A stretch of 32,000 nt of DNA, taken from contig NZ_CP019633.1 of the NCBI RefSeq assembly GCF_001997385.1, positions 630,001-662,000 of the forward strand, in the 5' to 3' direction. The position numbers and the translations under genes were made by a program. Below the pieces are notes generated by a model that was not told the origin of the DNA, searched no databases, and saw only the letters and a list, made by a program, of their open reading frames with translations. Below are positions 16,342 to 24,695 of the stretch, piece after piece (the first letter of the stretch is position 1; each line of letters starts with the position of its first letter). This DNA is from Sedimentisphaera cyanobacteriorum (GTDB lineage Bacteria; Planctomycetota; Phycisphaerae; Sedimentisphaerales; Sedimentisphaeraceae).

Positions 16342-17433
16342 CTACTTTATCTCATCATCAATCCAGCTGAGCAGATCTTTGAGCTCGTCGAGTGTTATAT
16401 CTCCCATGTGCGCGATACGGAAAGTTTCCTGTTTGAGCTTTCCATATCCGTTGCCGAAGGCAGCATTATGCTTTTCTTTCACGGCTTCTATCACAGCAGC
16501 CACATCAATGCCCCTTGTATTCTTAACGGTAGTGAGCGTATTGGAGGCAAACTTTTCATCTTCTGCGAAAAGTGCGAAGTTTTCTTTCGCCCATCCACGG
16601 ACGAAATCGGCCATCTGCTGATGCCTTTCCCAAACGTTTTCCATGCCCTCTTCCAGAAGCAGCTGGCAGCGGTAGTTCAGAGCCATAATCTGCGGGACAG
16701 CAGGGGTTGTAGGCGTCTGGTCTTTCTTGGCGGTTTTAGCAAACTGCAGGAGATCGAAGTAGTATCCGCGGTTCTTAACGGTTTCTGCCTTCTGCATAGC
16801 TCTATCGCTTACCGCAAAGACTGCAAGCCCTGGCGGAATTGCAAATGCCTTCTGCACAGAAGCAAAGGCGAAGTCCCACCCAAGCTCGTCGAATTTTAGC
16901 GGAAGGGCAGCCATAGCGCTCACGCAGTCAACAAAGATAAGCACATCCGGATACTTCTCCTTAATCATCACAGAGATTTCTTCTACCGGATTCGTAACGC
17001 CCGTGCTTGTCTCGTTGTAAACGAAAGTTACAGCGGAATATTCGCCTGAAGCGAGTTTTTTGTCTATCATATCTGCTGTTGTAGCCCGGCCCCACTCAAC
17101 CTTGAGCTCGTCGTATTCTACGCCGCATCCCTTTGCTACAGAGGCATATTTATCGCTGAATGCACCGCACATGCAGCAAAGAACCTTCTCGCCTTCTCCA
17201 ACGAGGTTCCTCATTGAGCATTCCCAGCCGCCCGAGCCGCTGGAGGTGGAAAGAAATACGTTCTGGTCTGTAAAAAGAACTTTCTTCAGCATTGCGGCTG
17301 TCTCGCCGTGGAGCTGAGAATATTCCTTGGCTCTGTGGCCAACGGTGTACCTTGAGAGCTGCTCAAGGATTTCCGGAGTAGAGTGTACCGGCCCCGGAAT
17401 GAATAGTTTTGGAGGATTTTTCCAGTCTGTCAT
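16342..17433 (-). CDS. Class V pyridoxal-phosphate aminotransferase (serine-glyoxylate/alanine-glyoxylate or SerC-like)
   Basis: 363 aa. N-terminal FIPGPV motif. SVQKAF contains the probable PLP lysine. SD AAGGAG 5 nt upstream. Followed by a terminator. Confidence 0.88.
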   Translation of the reverse strand: MTDWKNPPKLFIPGPVHSTPEILEQLSRYTVGHRAKEYSQLHGETAAMLKKVLFTDQNVFLSTSSGSGGWECSMRNLVGEGEKVLCCMCGAFSDKYASVAKGCGVEYDELKVEWGRATTADMIDKKLASGEYSAVTFVYNETSTGVTNPVEEISVMIKEKYPDVLIFVDCVSAMAALPLKFDELGWDFAFASVQKAFAIPPGLAVFAVSDRAMQKAETVKNRGYYFDLLQFAKTAKKDQTPTTPAVPQIMALNYRCQLLLEEGMENVWERHQQMADFVRGWAKENFALFAEDEKFASNTLTTVKNTRGIDVAAVIEAVKEKHNAAFGNGYGKLKQETFRIAHMGDITLDELKDLLSWIDDEIK

Positions 17434-17462
17434 AATTTCTCCTTATTAATTATTTCAAATCT

Positions 17463-17481
17463 GCCCTGCAGTATGCAGGGC
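17463..17481 (-). other. Intercistronic GC-rich hairpin between DUF1015 and the aminotransferase gene
   Basis: GCCCTGC-AGTAT-GCAGGGC (7-bp stem). It has no adjacent U-run on the - strand, so it is more likely a processing/stability element or weak attenuator than a full terminator. Confidence 0.3.
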
Positions 17482-17491
17482 GATTTTGCCG

Positions 17492-18802
17492 TTATATCTT
17501 GTTTATTGTAAGCCCTGTATATATTTTAGGGTAGAAAAAAGTGGATTTCTGCGGCATTTTCTCGCCGGCATCTGCCACATCCCTAACCTGCTTTACAGGG
17601 GTGGGGTTCATAAAGAATACAACCTGCTTTTCGCCTGAATCCACCCTTGAAATAGAATCATCTGCGGCGCTTCCTATTCCCTTAATATATTCCAGATTGG
17701 CCTGGCTTGCAAGCTGTGCATCTCCGATGCCGAGAATATTCTCGAGAATAAGCCTGTGCAGGATTGTAACATCGAGCCTTCTTGATGCCTCGCTGAGCTC
17801 TGGAGCACAGCTTGCCATAAAGCTGATGTCCTTGAGCATGATTTTATAGAAAGCCTTGTCTGCTGCGTATATGCCGAAGGAATTTTTGCCGCTCTGGAAA
17901 TCACGTTCAAGAGCTTCGAACATTCTCGCCTTTGCGTCCTGTTTTTCGCTATCGTCTGAGAAGCCGAATTCCTCAATCTCAAACTGCTCCCGCAGATCGG
18001 TGATAAGCTTTCCGATATCGAAGCCTTCAATATCTCCCGCGAGCCTGTGGGTAGGCAGAACAACGAGCCCTTCATTATACATATTGACGAACGTCATCAT
18101 ACGATACTGTGCGTTTGGGTCGCCGGATTCGTTGTAATAGTTCAGGGCTGTTTCATATCTGTGATGCCCGTCTGCTATTACCGGATCCTTATCCTGCATC
18201 ATAGAGGCAACCGCAGCAATATCTTGGTCTGCATCGACTGAATAAAGGCTGTGCTGAACGCCTTCTTCATCGCAGAATTCTATTAGCGGCTCGCCCTGAA
18301 CGCATTTGTCAATAATCTCTTCTACTACCTTCTCTGGGTCGTTGTAGAGCATGAAAATCTGCCCAAACTGAGCCTTGCAGGCCCTTGTGAGATTGAGGCG
18401 GTCTGCCTTTGGCCCGTCGAGGGTTTTCTCATGCGGCTGAACGCCCTTGCCGAAAGCAGCAAGCCTGCCAAGCGCAATAAATCCGCTTCTGGCAAAATTT
18501 TCTCCTGCCGCTTCGAATTTTTGAACGTAGGCGTATATGCTCGGTTTCTCGTCCTGCCTGAGGGCATTCTCTTCGATCCAAGAATTGAGGTAATCTCTTG
18601 CTCTTGTGTAAACGTTGTCGTTTTCGCTGTCCTGTTCGCTCTGTTTGCCCTTTATGATTCGAACGATGTTGTAGTCGTTTTGCTTGTAAAGGGCTTCCTG
18701 GAGCTGTTCTTTGATTACGTCGTACGGAGGAGCTATGCAGTCTCCGGCAGTTCCGACGATTTCCGGATTAAATCGATAAGCCTTAAATGCCTTAATTTCC
18801 AT
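17492..18802 (-). CDS. DUF1015 (COG4198) family protein, function unknown
   Basis: The start is set at MEIKAFKAYRFNPEIVGTAGDCIAPPYDVI, the typical family N-terminus, giving 436 aa. The 28-codon TTG-initiated extension in the ORF track (to 18886) is hydrophobic junk and overlaps the leader. Confidence 0.85.
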   Translation of the reverse strand: MEIKAFKAYRFNPEIVGTAGDCIAPPYDVIKEQLQEALYKQNDYNIVRIIKGKQSEQDSENDNVYTRARDYLNSWIEENALRQDEKPSIYAYVQKFEAAGENFARSGFIALGRLAAFGKGVQPHEKTLDGPKADRLNLTRACKAQFGQIFMLYNDPEKVVEEIIDKCVQGEPLIEFCDEEGVQHSLYSVDADQDIAAVASMMQDKDPVIADGHHRYETALNYYNESGDPNAQYRMMTFVNMYNEGLVVLPTHRLAGDIEGFDIGKLITDLREQFEIEEFGFSDDSEKQDAKARMFEALERDFQSGKNSFGIYAADKAFYKIMLKDISFMASCAPELSEASRRLDVTILHRLILENILGIGDAQLASQANLEYIKGIGSAADDSISRVDSGEKQVVFFMNPTPVKQVRDVADAGEKMPQKSTFFYPKIYTGLTINKI

Positions 18803-18847
18803 ATATAAAACCTGATTACTTAGAATTAATAAAAATACACTAAAAAA

Positions 18848-18933
18848 GCAGCTTGTTAATAGTGCGGCTTGTATAACTGCACCCAAGCTCTTGTAAAAAG
18901 TAACATTTTATCACAAAATTGCGGGCTTGTAAA
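18848..18933. repeat. Repeated GCTTGT motif (GCRGCTTGTWWA) in the DUF1015 leader/promoter region
   Basis: Exact GCTTGT at 18851-18856, 18867-18872 and 18925-18930. A degenerate GCTCTTGT at 18887-18894. The 12-mers gcagcttgttaa (18848-18859) and gcggcttgtata (18864-18875) share 9 of 12 positions. Confidence 0.5.
18905..18933 (-). promoter_or_regulatory. Candidate promoter of the DUF1015/aminotransferase unit: TTTACA-N17-(TG)-TAAAAT
   Basis: - strand -35 at 18933-18928 and -10 at 18910-18905, with an extended TGA immediately upstream. It predicts a ~100-nt leader. Confidence 0.4.
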
Positions 18934-19049
18934 CACTGCCCATGTCGTAAAATATATCAGCTGTCAATATAATGATTATATTTGCTGATTCAAGGTGAAA
19001 TAATGTTAGTTTTCAGCGTCAGAAAGAATTCTTTTTTGGGGGGTGAGTA

Positions 19050-21242
19050 TTATTCTTCTCCGCTTTCTGAGTCGATTTCCGGCCAAACCGGCAGGTTTTT
19101 GAGTTTGCCTGCTGTTTCTTCTGAGACAGGCCATCCCCAGCCGCGGAAAAACGGCACTAAATTCTTTTTCACAGTTTGAGAGAACAGAAGAACCCAGCGG
19201 TTTATCCTTTCAGAATCATTTTTAGGAAGCTCATTGCTGTCCATTTTTTCATACTTTCTGAAAACCTTTTTATAAGGTTCCCAGCCGAATTCCTCCTGAA
19301 GCTCTAAATAGCATAAAAGGCCTACGAACGGGTTTTTCTTCCAATATGCAAATGTTCCGCCGTTTTCATTGAATTCCTTTTTGAGCTGCTGTCTTTTCCT
19401 TGCGTTCATTCTGCCCTCGATAGGGGCAATCCCGCATACCTTATCAAACACGTAAACCGTGAATATGTTTACGGTAACCTCAGTGGCACCGGAAAATGTC
19501 CAAGCCTTTCGCTGGTGGTTATGACCTATTTCGTGAAACAGCCCCCAGCTTCCGTTTTTTAACGTGTTGATATCGGCAAGAGTATCGAACTGGTCAGACT
19601 GGGTCATTATCGGATATCCAGAATGCATATAGCCTGCGCTTATCTGCACGTCCGGAACGATTCTCTCACAGCTGAGTCTTGGAGCCGGACTGCCTCTGAG
19701 CTCCGCACAGGCATCAAAAACTTCATCCCATTTTTGCATCAGCGAAGAGGGGTCTTCAAGCTTTCTTAGTTTCTCTGAGGGTACGGTTATAACAACGTTT
19801 CTTCCCATAAGCTCGCCCCATGGGGCAGGTCTTCTGCGAATTTCTTCCCATTGCTCGTTGTTTGTTTTCCCAAGCTCGAAGTATGGAGCCTGCACAGCGC
19901 CTTTAAGCATTATATTTGCTTTGCCCTTCAGGCCTTCAGGCACATCAATGTATATAAGCCCTCCAAAGGCAGAGGCTGCTTTGGTTTGATTGGAGCTGAG
20001 ATTGAGGCTGCTGGTTATATCAGGAAATCTTTTCCAGGCGTCTTTGTGCCAGAGCTTGTCTTTATGCGAACCTATCCTCAGGTTCAGCCCTTTTTTCGCA
20101 AGCTCATCTGTCAGATCAGCCTCTATAACCTTCCCGGCAGGGGCGTAAAGGCCTGTTGAATGCCACCGAGGAACAGAAAGGTCAATTTCAATTTCTTTAA
20201 TTACCCTTGGCGCATCATTTTTAACTGCTCCGGGGAATTTTTTGGCGGAAGCATGAGGCTTTATCTGTTCAGGTTTGGTATTCTCGATGTTGCGGCTGTA
20301 AACCGTAATCGCTGCCCTCGATGCAACGTCATTTGCAGTAACCGGATTTTCCCCTGTTGGTATTACCGAACGTGAGCGGGCAATACGCTTTAAGTCCTGC
20401 ATAAGTGTTGGTTCTTCGCTTGGAAGGGACAGAGCTGCAAGCTCAATAGATTCTCCAATCTGGCGTATTTTCAGCTTGTCATCGCTTTTTTTGAGCTTTT
20501 TCATCTGTTCAAATGCAAGCAGGCTGTTTAGGCTTTCTCTGAGTTTGTCTGGAGAATCCATGAAGCCATTTTTGTTTGGCTCGAGATACCCGTCCGCCCA
20601 TACAACACCGTACTGTGAGAAAAAATCATTGGCAGGGCACTCTTCCCGAAGATCTTTGCCGCTGTGAACCTGTTTCCAGCCCCAGCCCAGCATTGCGGTC
20701 ATAATCCCGTTGCCGTCTTTGAGGTATTTATCCAAAAGCTTGAAATGCTGCTTTTTAAGCCCGCCTGCATCAAAAACGAGTAAGTCGGAGTCCATAATTT
20801 TGTCGGTGTCTGAGAAGCTTACGTTCCTTGCATCGTAATGAGATTCCTCAAACAGCTTACACAGAGGCTTATTGCCGATAACAGCAGCTTTTGCCCTGCC
20901 TTCCGTTCCTGCAAGCCATTTAACGCAGTTCTCAAAAAGCACAGAAGTATCTGCCTTCTTAATCTCTGAAGGATTGAGGTATCCTCCGTGTCCGAAGCAA
21001 ACAAACCGGCCTTCCCTTGTGCGGCCGGCCGCCGCTGCCGCCTTCTGTCCGCCGTAATTCCCGCTTACGCAAATCGGAATCGTATATGGACGAAATATGC
21101 ATACAGGTCCGGGTACACCCGGCGAGGCTGTCTCCTGAACATTTTCGGTGAGTTTTGCAAAATCCTTCTTTAGCAGTTCACCGTATCCGCCTATACATAC
21201 TGCAGCGAGCATTAGAAACGCCGTTATTGTTTTCTTAATCAT
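19050..21242 (-). CDS. Secreted M60-family (enhancin/TCAF-like) zinc metallopeptidase
   Basis: 730 aa. Signal peptide MIKKTITAFLMLAAVCIGG. HEIGHNHQ zinc motif encoded at 19535-19512, with a downstream Glu (GATEVTV). Long N-terminal non-catalytic region. SD-like GAAGGG upstream. Confidence 0.85.
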   Translation of the reverse strand: MIKKTITAFLMLAAVCIGGYGELLKKDFAKLTENVQETASPGVPGPVCIFRPYTIPICVSGNYGGQKAAAAAGRTREGRFVCFGHGGYLNPSEIKKADTSVLFENCVKWLAGTEGRAKAAVIGNKPLCKLFEESHYDARNVSFSDTDKIMDSDLLVFDAGGLKKQHFKLLDKYLKDGNGIMTAMLGWGWKQVHSGKDLREECPANDFFSQYGVVWADGYLEPNKNGFMDSPDKLRESLNSLLAFEQMKKLKKSDDKLKIRQIGESIELAALSLPSEEPTLMQDLKRIARSRSVIPTGENPVTANDVASRAAITVYSRNIENTKPEQIKPHASAKKFPGAVKNDAPRVIKEIEIDLSVPRWHSTGLYAPAGKVIEADLTDELAKKGLNLRIGSHKDKLWHKDAWKRFPDITSSLNLSSNQTKAASAFGGLIYIDVPEGLKGKANIMLKGAVQAPYFELGKTNNEQWEEIRRRPAPWGELMGRNVVITVPSEKLRKLEDPSSLMQKWDEVFDACAELRGSPAPRLSCERIVPDVQISAGYMHSGYPIMTQSDQFDTLADINTLKNGSWGLFHEIGHNHQRKAWTFSGATEVTVNIFTVYVFDKVCGIAPIEGRMNARKRQQLKKEFNENGGTFAYWKKNPFVGLLCYLELQEEFGWEPYKKVFRKYEKMDSNELPKNDSERINRWVLLFSQTVKKNLVPFFRGWGWPVSEETAGKLKNLPVWPEIDSESGEE

Positions 21243-21314
21243 ATTACACCCTTCATTTATGTAAGATTTATTTCAATGGTGTAAACCAGCAGTAATTTCT
21301 AAACCATTCGCATC

Positions 21315-21342
21315 ATTATACTTCTCAAGGGCTCGCTGCAAA
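21315..21342 (-). promoter_or_regulatory. Candidate promoter of the M60 peptidase gene: TTTGCA-N16-TATAAT
   Basis: - strand -35 at 21342-21337 and -10 at 21320-21315. Confidence 0.35.
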
Positions 21343-21386
21343 GAACCGATTTTCAGCAGCGGTTGTTGTTTATCTTCATTTTTCGC

Positions 21387-21415
21387 TTGCATAGGCAGGG
21401 TGCATCTGTTAGATT
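21387..21415 (+). promoter_or_regulatory. Candidate mipA promoter: TTGCAT-N17-TAGATT
   Basis: -35 at 21387-21392 and -10 at 21410-21415, divergent from the M60 promoter. Confidence 0.25.
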
Positions 21416-21444
21416 TATCTCAAAAATTAATTAAGGAGAATATT

Positions 21445-22212
21445 ATGAGATTAACATTTGCAGCTTTAATTCTAAGCGTTTCTGCAGGCCTCGCCTCCAC
21501 GGACCGTTCCTCAGATATGGCAGACTGGGAAGGTTTTTTGTCTGATTCCAACGTTTCTGTGGGTATTGGAGCCGTGGTTTACCGAGACCTCTACAAAGGC
21601 ACAGACACCCGCGGGGAGCCTGTTCCAGCGATAACAGCCGAGTTTGGCGATGTGTTCATCAGCGGCCGCTCCTTCGGATATACATTCACTAAAAGCAGGG
21701 CAATGCAGCTTGATGCGGTGTTCAAATACCGCGGCGAGCCCTTCGAAACATACTACAGCGACGCACTCGAGGGTCTGGATCGTGATTCAACGCTTGAAGG
21801 CGGTCTTGCAGCAAAATTTACTGCAGGAAAATATGTTCTTGGAGTCTCGGCGTTTGCCGACCTGCTCTCAGAGCATCAGGGCTATTATGCAGATATATAC
21901 GCAGGCAGGCTTTTCAGGCAGGCCAATTTGATGGTGCTCCCGAAGCTTGGGGTCAATGTTTACGACGACAACTACAACCGCTACTACTACGGCGTACTTG
22001 AAGGCGAGGCAAATGGCAGCAGACCTGAGTATTCCCCTTCAGGCAGCGTGAGTCCTTACGGCTCAGTATTCGCTCAGTATTCACTCAGCGAGAAGTGGTC
22101 TGTTTTCGGTTCAGCATCAATTCAGTTTGCAGATGATACTGTTCGAGAGAGCCCGATAGTGGGCAGGGATTATTCTGTAAGCACGATGATGGGCGTGAGC
22201 TACAGCTTCTAA
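21445..22212 (+). CDS. MipA/OmpV family outer-membrane beta-barrel protein
   Basis: Signal peptide MRLTFAALILSVSAGLAS. Alternating amphipathic strands. C-terminal GVSYSF (aromatic terminus typical of OMPs). SD AAGGAG at 21433-21438. The GTG at 21400 in the ORF track is unlikely. Confidence 0.8.
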   Translation: MRLTFAALILSVSAGLASTDRSSDMADWEGFLSDSNVSVGIGAVVYRDLYKGTDTRGEPVPAITAEFGDVFISGRSFGYTFTKSRAMQLDAVFKYRGEPFETYYSDALEGLDRDSTLEGGLAAKFTAGKYVLGVSAFADLLSEHQGYYADIYAGRLFRQANLMVLPKLGVNVYDDNYNRYYYGVLEGEANGSRPEYSPSGSVSPYGSVFAQYSLSEKWSVFGSASIQFADDTVRESPIVGRDYSVSTMMGVSYSF

Positions 22213-22216
22213 GCTC

Positions 22217-23047
22217 TCAGCCGCAGAATCCCCTGAGCTCGCAGGTTCCGCAGTATACGCAGCCGCGGCCGTTGCAGTTTTCAACGATCCCGATTCTGCT
22301 TAGCGCGAAATCGTATTTAACCGGGTCCTCAGGGCAGATAAGGGCAAATTTTTCTGTAACTTCCTTTGCAGTTTGCATTGTAGGGTTTTTGCTTTTATGC
22401 AGGCCGATAATCCTGCAAAGCCTTATGAGATGGGTATCCAGAGGGATTATGAGCTTCTCCGCCCCGATTTTCTCCCACGGCCCGGGGTCAACGCTGTCGT
22501 TACGCACTGTCCAGCGGAGAAACATATTCAGCCTTTTGCACGGGCTATTGGAGCCGGGGTTTGCAAGCAGATAGCCCAATCCCCTCGTTTTATGCCCGCC
22601 GGCTCGTTCCTTTAATAAATGCGTGAATTTCGTCAATGCCGGAATTACATCCGGATCGTTTTTTTCAGTGCAGCGGTTAAATGCGTTTTCAAGGCTTCCG
22701 AATTCATCTAAAAGTTCTTTGAAAGCATTGAAGAGCATAACAAAATCTTTGCCAGTATTGAATCTGTGTTTGAAGCCGGAAAGCTTAGCTGCTTGATTTC
22801 TGTCGAAGCTATCAATAAATTCTCTCGGGCTTTTGCCCATCCTTGAAAGCAAATCATCCACAGACTTTTTCACCTGCGCAACCCGTCCGTAGGCAAGCGA
22901 GGAGGCAATAAAAGCCGCAATCTCCATATCTTCCCGCTCGCTGTAGCGATGAACAAACATAACCGGATCAGAGCTTATAAATTCTGCTGTGTTGTATTTT
23001 TGATAGAGCCCTTCAAGGATTTCTTTCAGCTTCTCGGTGTTATTCAT
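22217..23047 (-). CDS. TIGR02757/DUF2400 family protein (HhH-glycosylase-like fold with C-terminal Cys cluster), function unknown
   Basis: Motifs ISSDPVMFVHRY...EIAAFIASSLAYGRV. C-terminal CNGRGCVYCGTCELRGFC. The ATG at 23047 gives an ATGAATAA 8-nt overlap with the stop of the upstream CDF gene. Confidence 0.8.
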   Translation of the reverse strand: MNNTEKLKEILEGLYQKYNTAEFISSDPVMFVHRYSEREDMEIAAFIASSLAYGRVAQVKKSVDDLLSRMGKSPREFIDSFDRNQAAKLSGFKHRFNTGKDFVMLFNAFKELLDEFGSLENAFNRCTEKNDPDVIPALTKFTHLLKERAGGHKTRGLGYLLANPGSNSPCKRLNMFLRWTVRNDSVDPGPWEKIGAEKLIIPLDTHLIRLCRIIGLHKSKNPTMQTAKEVTEKFALICPEDPVKYDFALSRIGIVENCNGRGCVYCGTCELRGFCG

Positions 23048-23930
23048 CTTTTCGTTTATCCTCCAGGTCAGGCTCAATGTGTATTGTGATATTAACCGGG
23101 ACAGTGAGGCTTTCTGCAATCTTATTTTCGATGCGGTCTGTGATTTCGTGGGCTTTTTGAACGCTCATCTGAGGGTCAACGAGCATATGAAAATCGAGAA
23201 AGATTTCCCTGCCTATATTTCTTGACCGCAGTTTGTGGATCTGGCCTACATCCGGGTCTTCTCTGCTGATTTGCCTAACAGTTTCAAGTGTCCGCCTTCC
23301 TGCTGCTGTATTAGAAAATTCCCTGAAAACCCCGCCGATCAGCTTCATAGAAGCGATTATAATCATAAGCCCAACAAGGCCTGCCGCTATGCTGTCGGCA
23401 TAAGCAATGCCCATATTTGTCATAATCAGCCCCGCAAGCACTGCAATTGAGCTCAATGCATCGCTTCTGTGATGCCAAGCATTTGCATGCAGAGCAGAGC
23501 TGGAGGTCTTTCTCCCCGCACTTTCGGTTATACGGAAAAGAAATTCCTTAACCGCTATCGAAAAAAGCGTAACTGAATAAACCAGTGCAGGGCTCTCAAA
23601 GCTGCTCACTTTCCCTGATGAGAATGACTTAACCACAGCCCCCGCACCAGCAGCAAAAAGTACAAGCGAGATTGCAAGGGTGCTGAGCGTTTCCCACCAG
23701 CGGTGCCCGTATGGGTGCATTTTATCGGGTGCTTTTTCGCTGAGTTTTGTGCCCGTGAAAACTGCTCCGTCAGTTGCAAGGTCGCTGAGAGAATGCAGAC
23801 CGTCTGTAAGCACCGCAGCAGAGCCGCCGATTAAACCCGCAGCTGTCTTGCAGATCGAAAGCAGCAGGTTTCCCGCTGTCCCCCAGATGGTAACGCGATA
23901 TATTTCTGCAATTGCATTTTTACCTTTCAT
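23040..23930 (-). CDS. Cation diffusion facilitator (CDF) family metal efflux transporter
   Basis: 296 aa. TM1-2 motif GNLLLSICKTAAGLIGGSAAVLTDGLHSLSD. HHRSDALSS in TM5. Cytoplasmic C-terminal domain. Confidence 0.9.
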   Translation of the reverse strand: MKGKNAIAEIYRVTIWGTAGNLLLSICKTAAGLIGGSAAVLTDGLHSLSDLATDGAVFTGTKLSEKAPDKMHPYGHRWWETLSTLAISLVLFAAGAGAVVKSFSSGKVSSFESPALVYSVTLFSIAVKEFLFRITESAGRKTSSSALHANAWHHRSDALSSIAVLAGLIMTNMGIAYADSIAAGLVGLMIIIASMKLIGGVFREFSNTAAGRRTLETVRQISREDPDVGQIHKLRSRNIGREIFLDFHMLVDPQMSVQKAHEITDRIENKIAESLTVPVNITIHIEPDLEDKRKDE

Positions 23931-24023
23931 AGCTATTATTATATTGATTTTGCGATATTGGAAAAACTAATAATATTACCTTCAGCAAAGCCTTAGGGGC
24001 TTTCTGAGACACCGGAGCATTTT

Positions 24024-24695
24024 TTGAAAAGCAGAATAGTTACTATTGACGGCCCCGCTGGAAGCGGGAAAAGCACAGTTTCAAGAGAGCTTGCCCGAAG
24101 GCTGGGCTGGAGCTTTCTGGATACCGGAGCGATGTACCGCGCTCTGGCATACGCTGCCGCTGAGGAAGGGCAGGACCTCGGCGATGAAAAGGGCGTTGCA
24201 GAGATTGCAGGCAGACAGAATTTCGAATTCACCCCCTCCAGCGAGGGGATCAAGGTCTTTCTCGATCGAAGGGATATATCCAAAGAAATACGAAGCCCTG
24301 AGGTTACTGCTTCTGTAAGCCGAATCGCCTCAAGCGTTGTTTTACGCCGCCTTTTGGTTGAAATGCAGAGAGACTTCGCTCAAAAGGCTGGGGATATGGT
24401 AACTGAAGGCAGGGATCAGGGTTCGGTAGTGTTTCCGGATGCGGACGTGAAATTTTACCTTGATGCAGGCGTTAAGATTCGCGCGCAGAGAAGAGCCGCT
24501 GAGCTGGAGGCTTCTGGTCAGAGGGTGGATATTCAGGATGTGATGAAGGCTATTGAAAAAAGAGACTTGGCAGATAAATCGCGAGAAGCTGCGCCGCTGG
24601 TCTGTCCGGAGGATGCGATAGTCATTGATTCAAGCAATATCAGTGCTGAACAGGTAACAGAGAGAATGCTCTCAGCGGTAAAGGAAATTATATGA
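24024..24695 (+). CDS. cmk: Cytidylate kinase
   Basis: P-loop TIDGPAGSGKST and LDTGAMYRA. TTG start with GGAG 7 nt upstream. Confidence 0.9.
   Translation: MKSRIVTIDGPAGSGKSTVSRELARRLGWSFLDTGAMYRALAYAAAEEGQDLGDEKGVAEIAGRQNFEFTPSSEGIKVFLDRRDISKEIRSPEVTASVSRIASSVVLRRLLVEMQRDFAQKAGDMVTEGRDQGSVVFPDADVKFYLDAGVKIRAQRRAAELEASGQRVDIQDVMKAIEKRDLADKSREAAPLVCPEDAIVIDSSNISAEQVTERMLSAVKEII

Noticed and set aside
18803-18886. N-terminal 28-codon extension of the DUF1015 ORF (MGAVIQAALLTSCFFSVFLLILSNQVLY).
   Set aside because: It starts at TTG and is hydrophobic and non-homologous. The family N-terminus begins at the ATG at 18802. The extension overlaps the repeat-containing leader.
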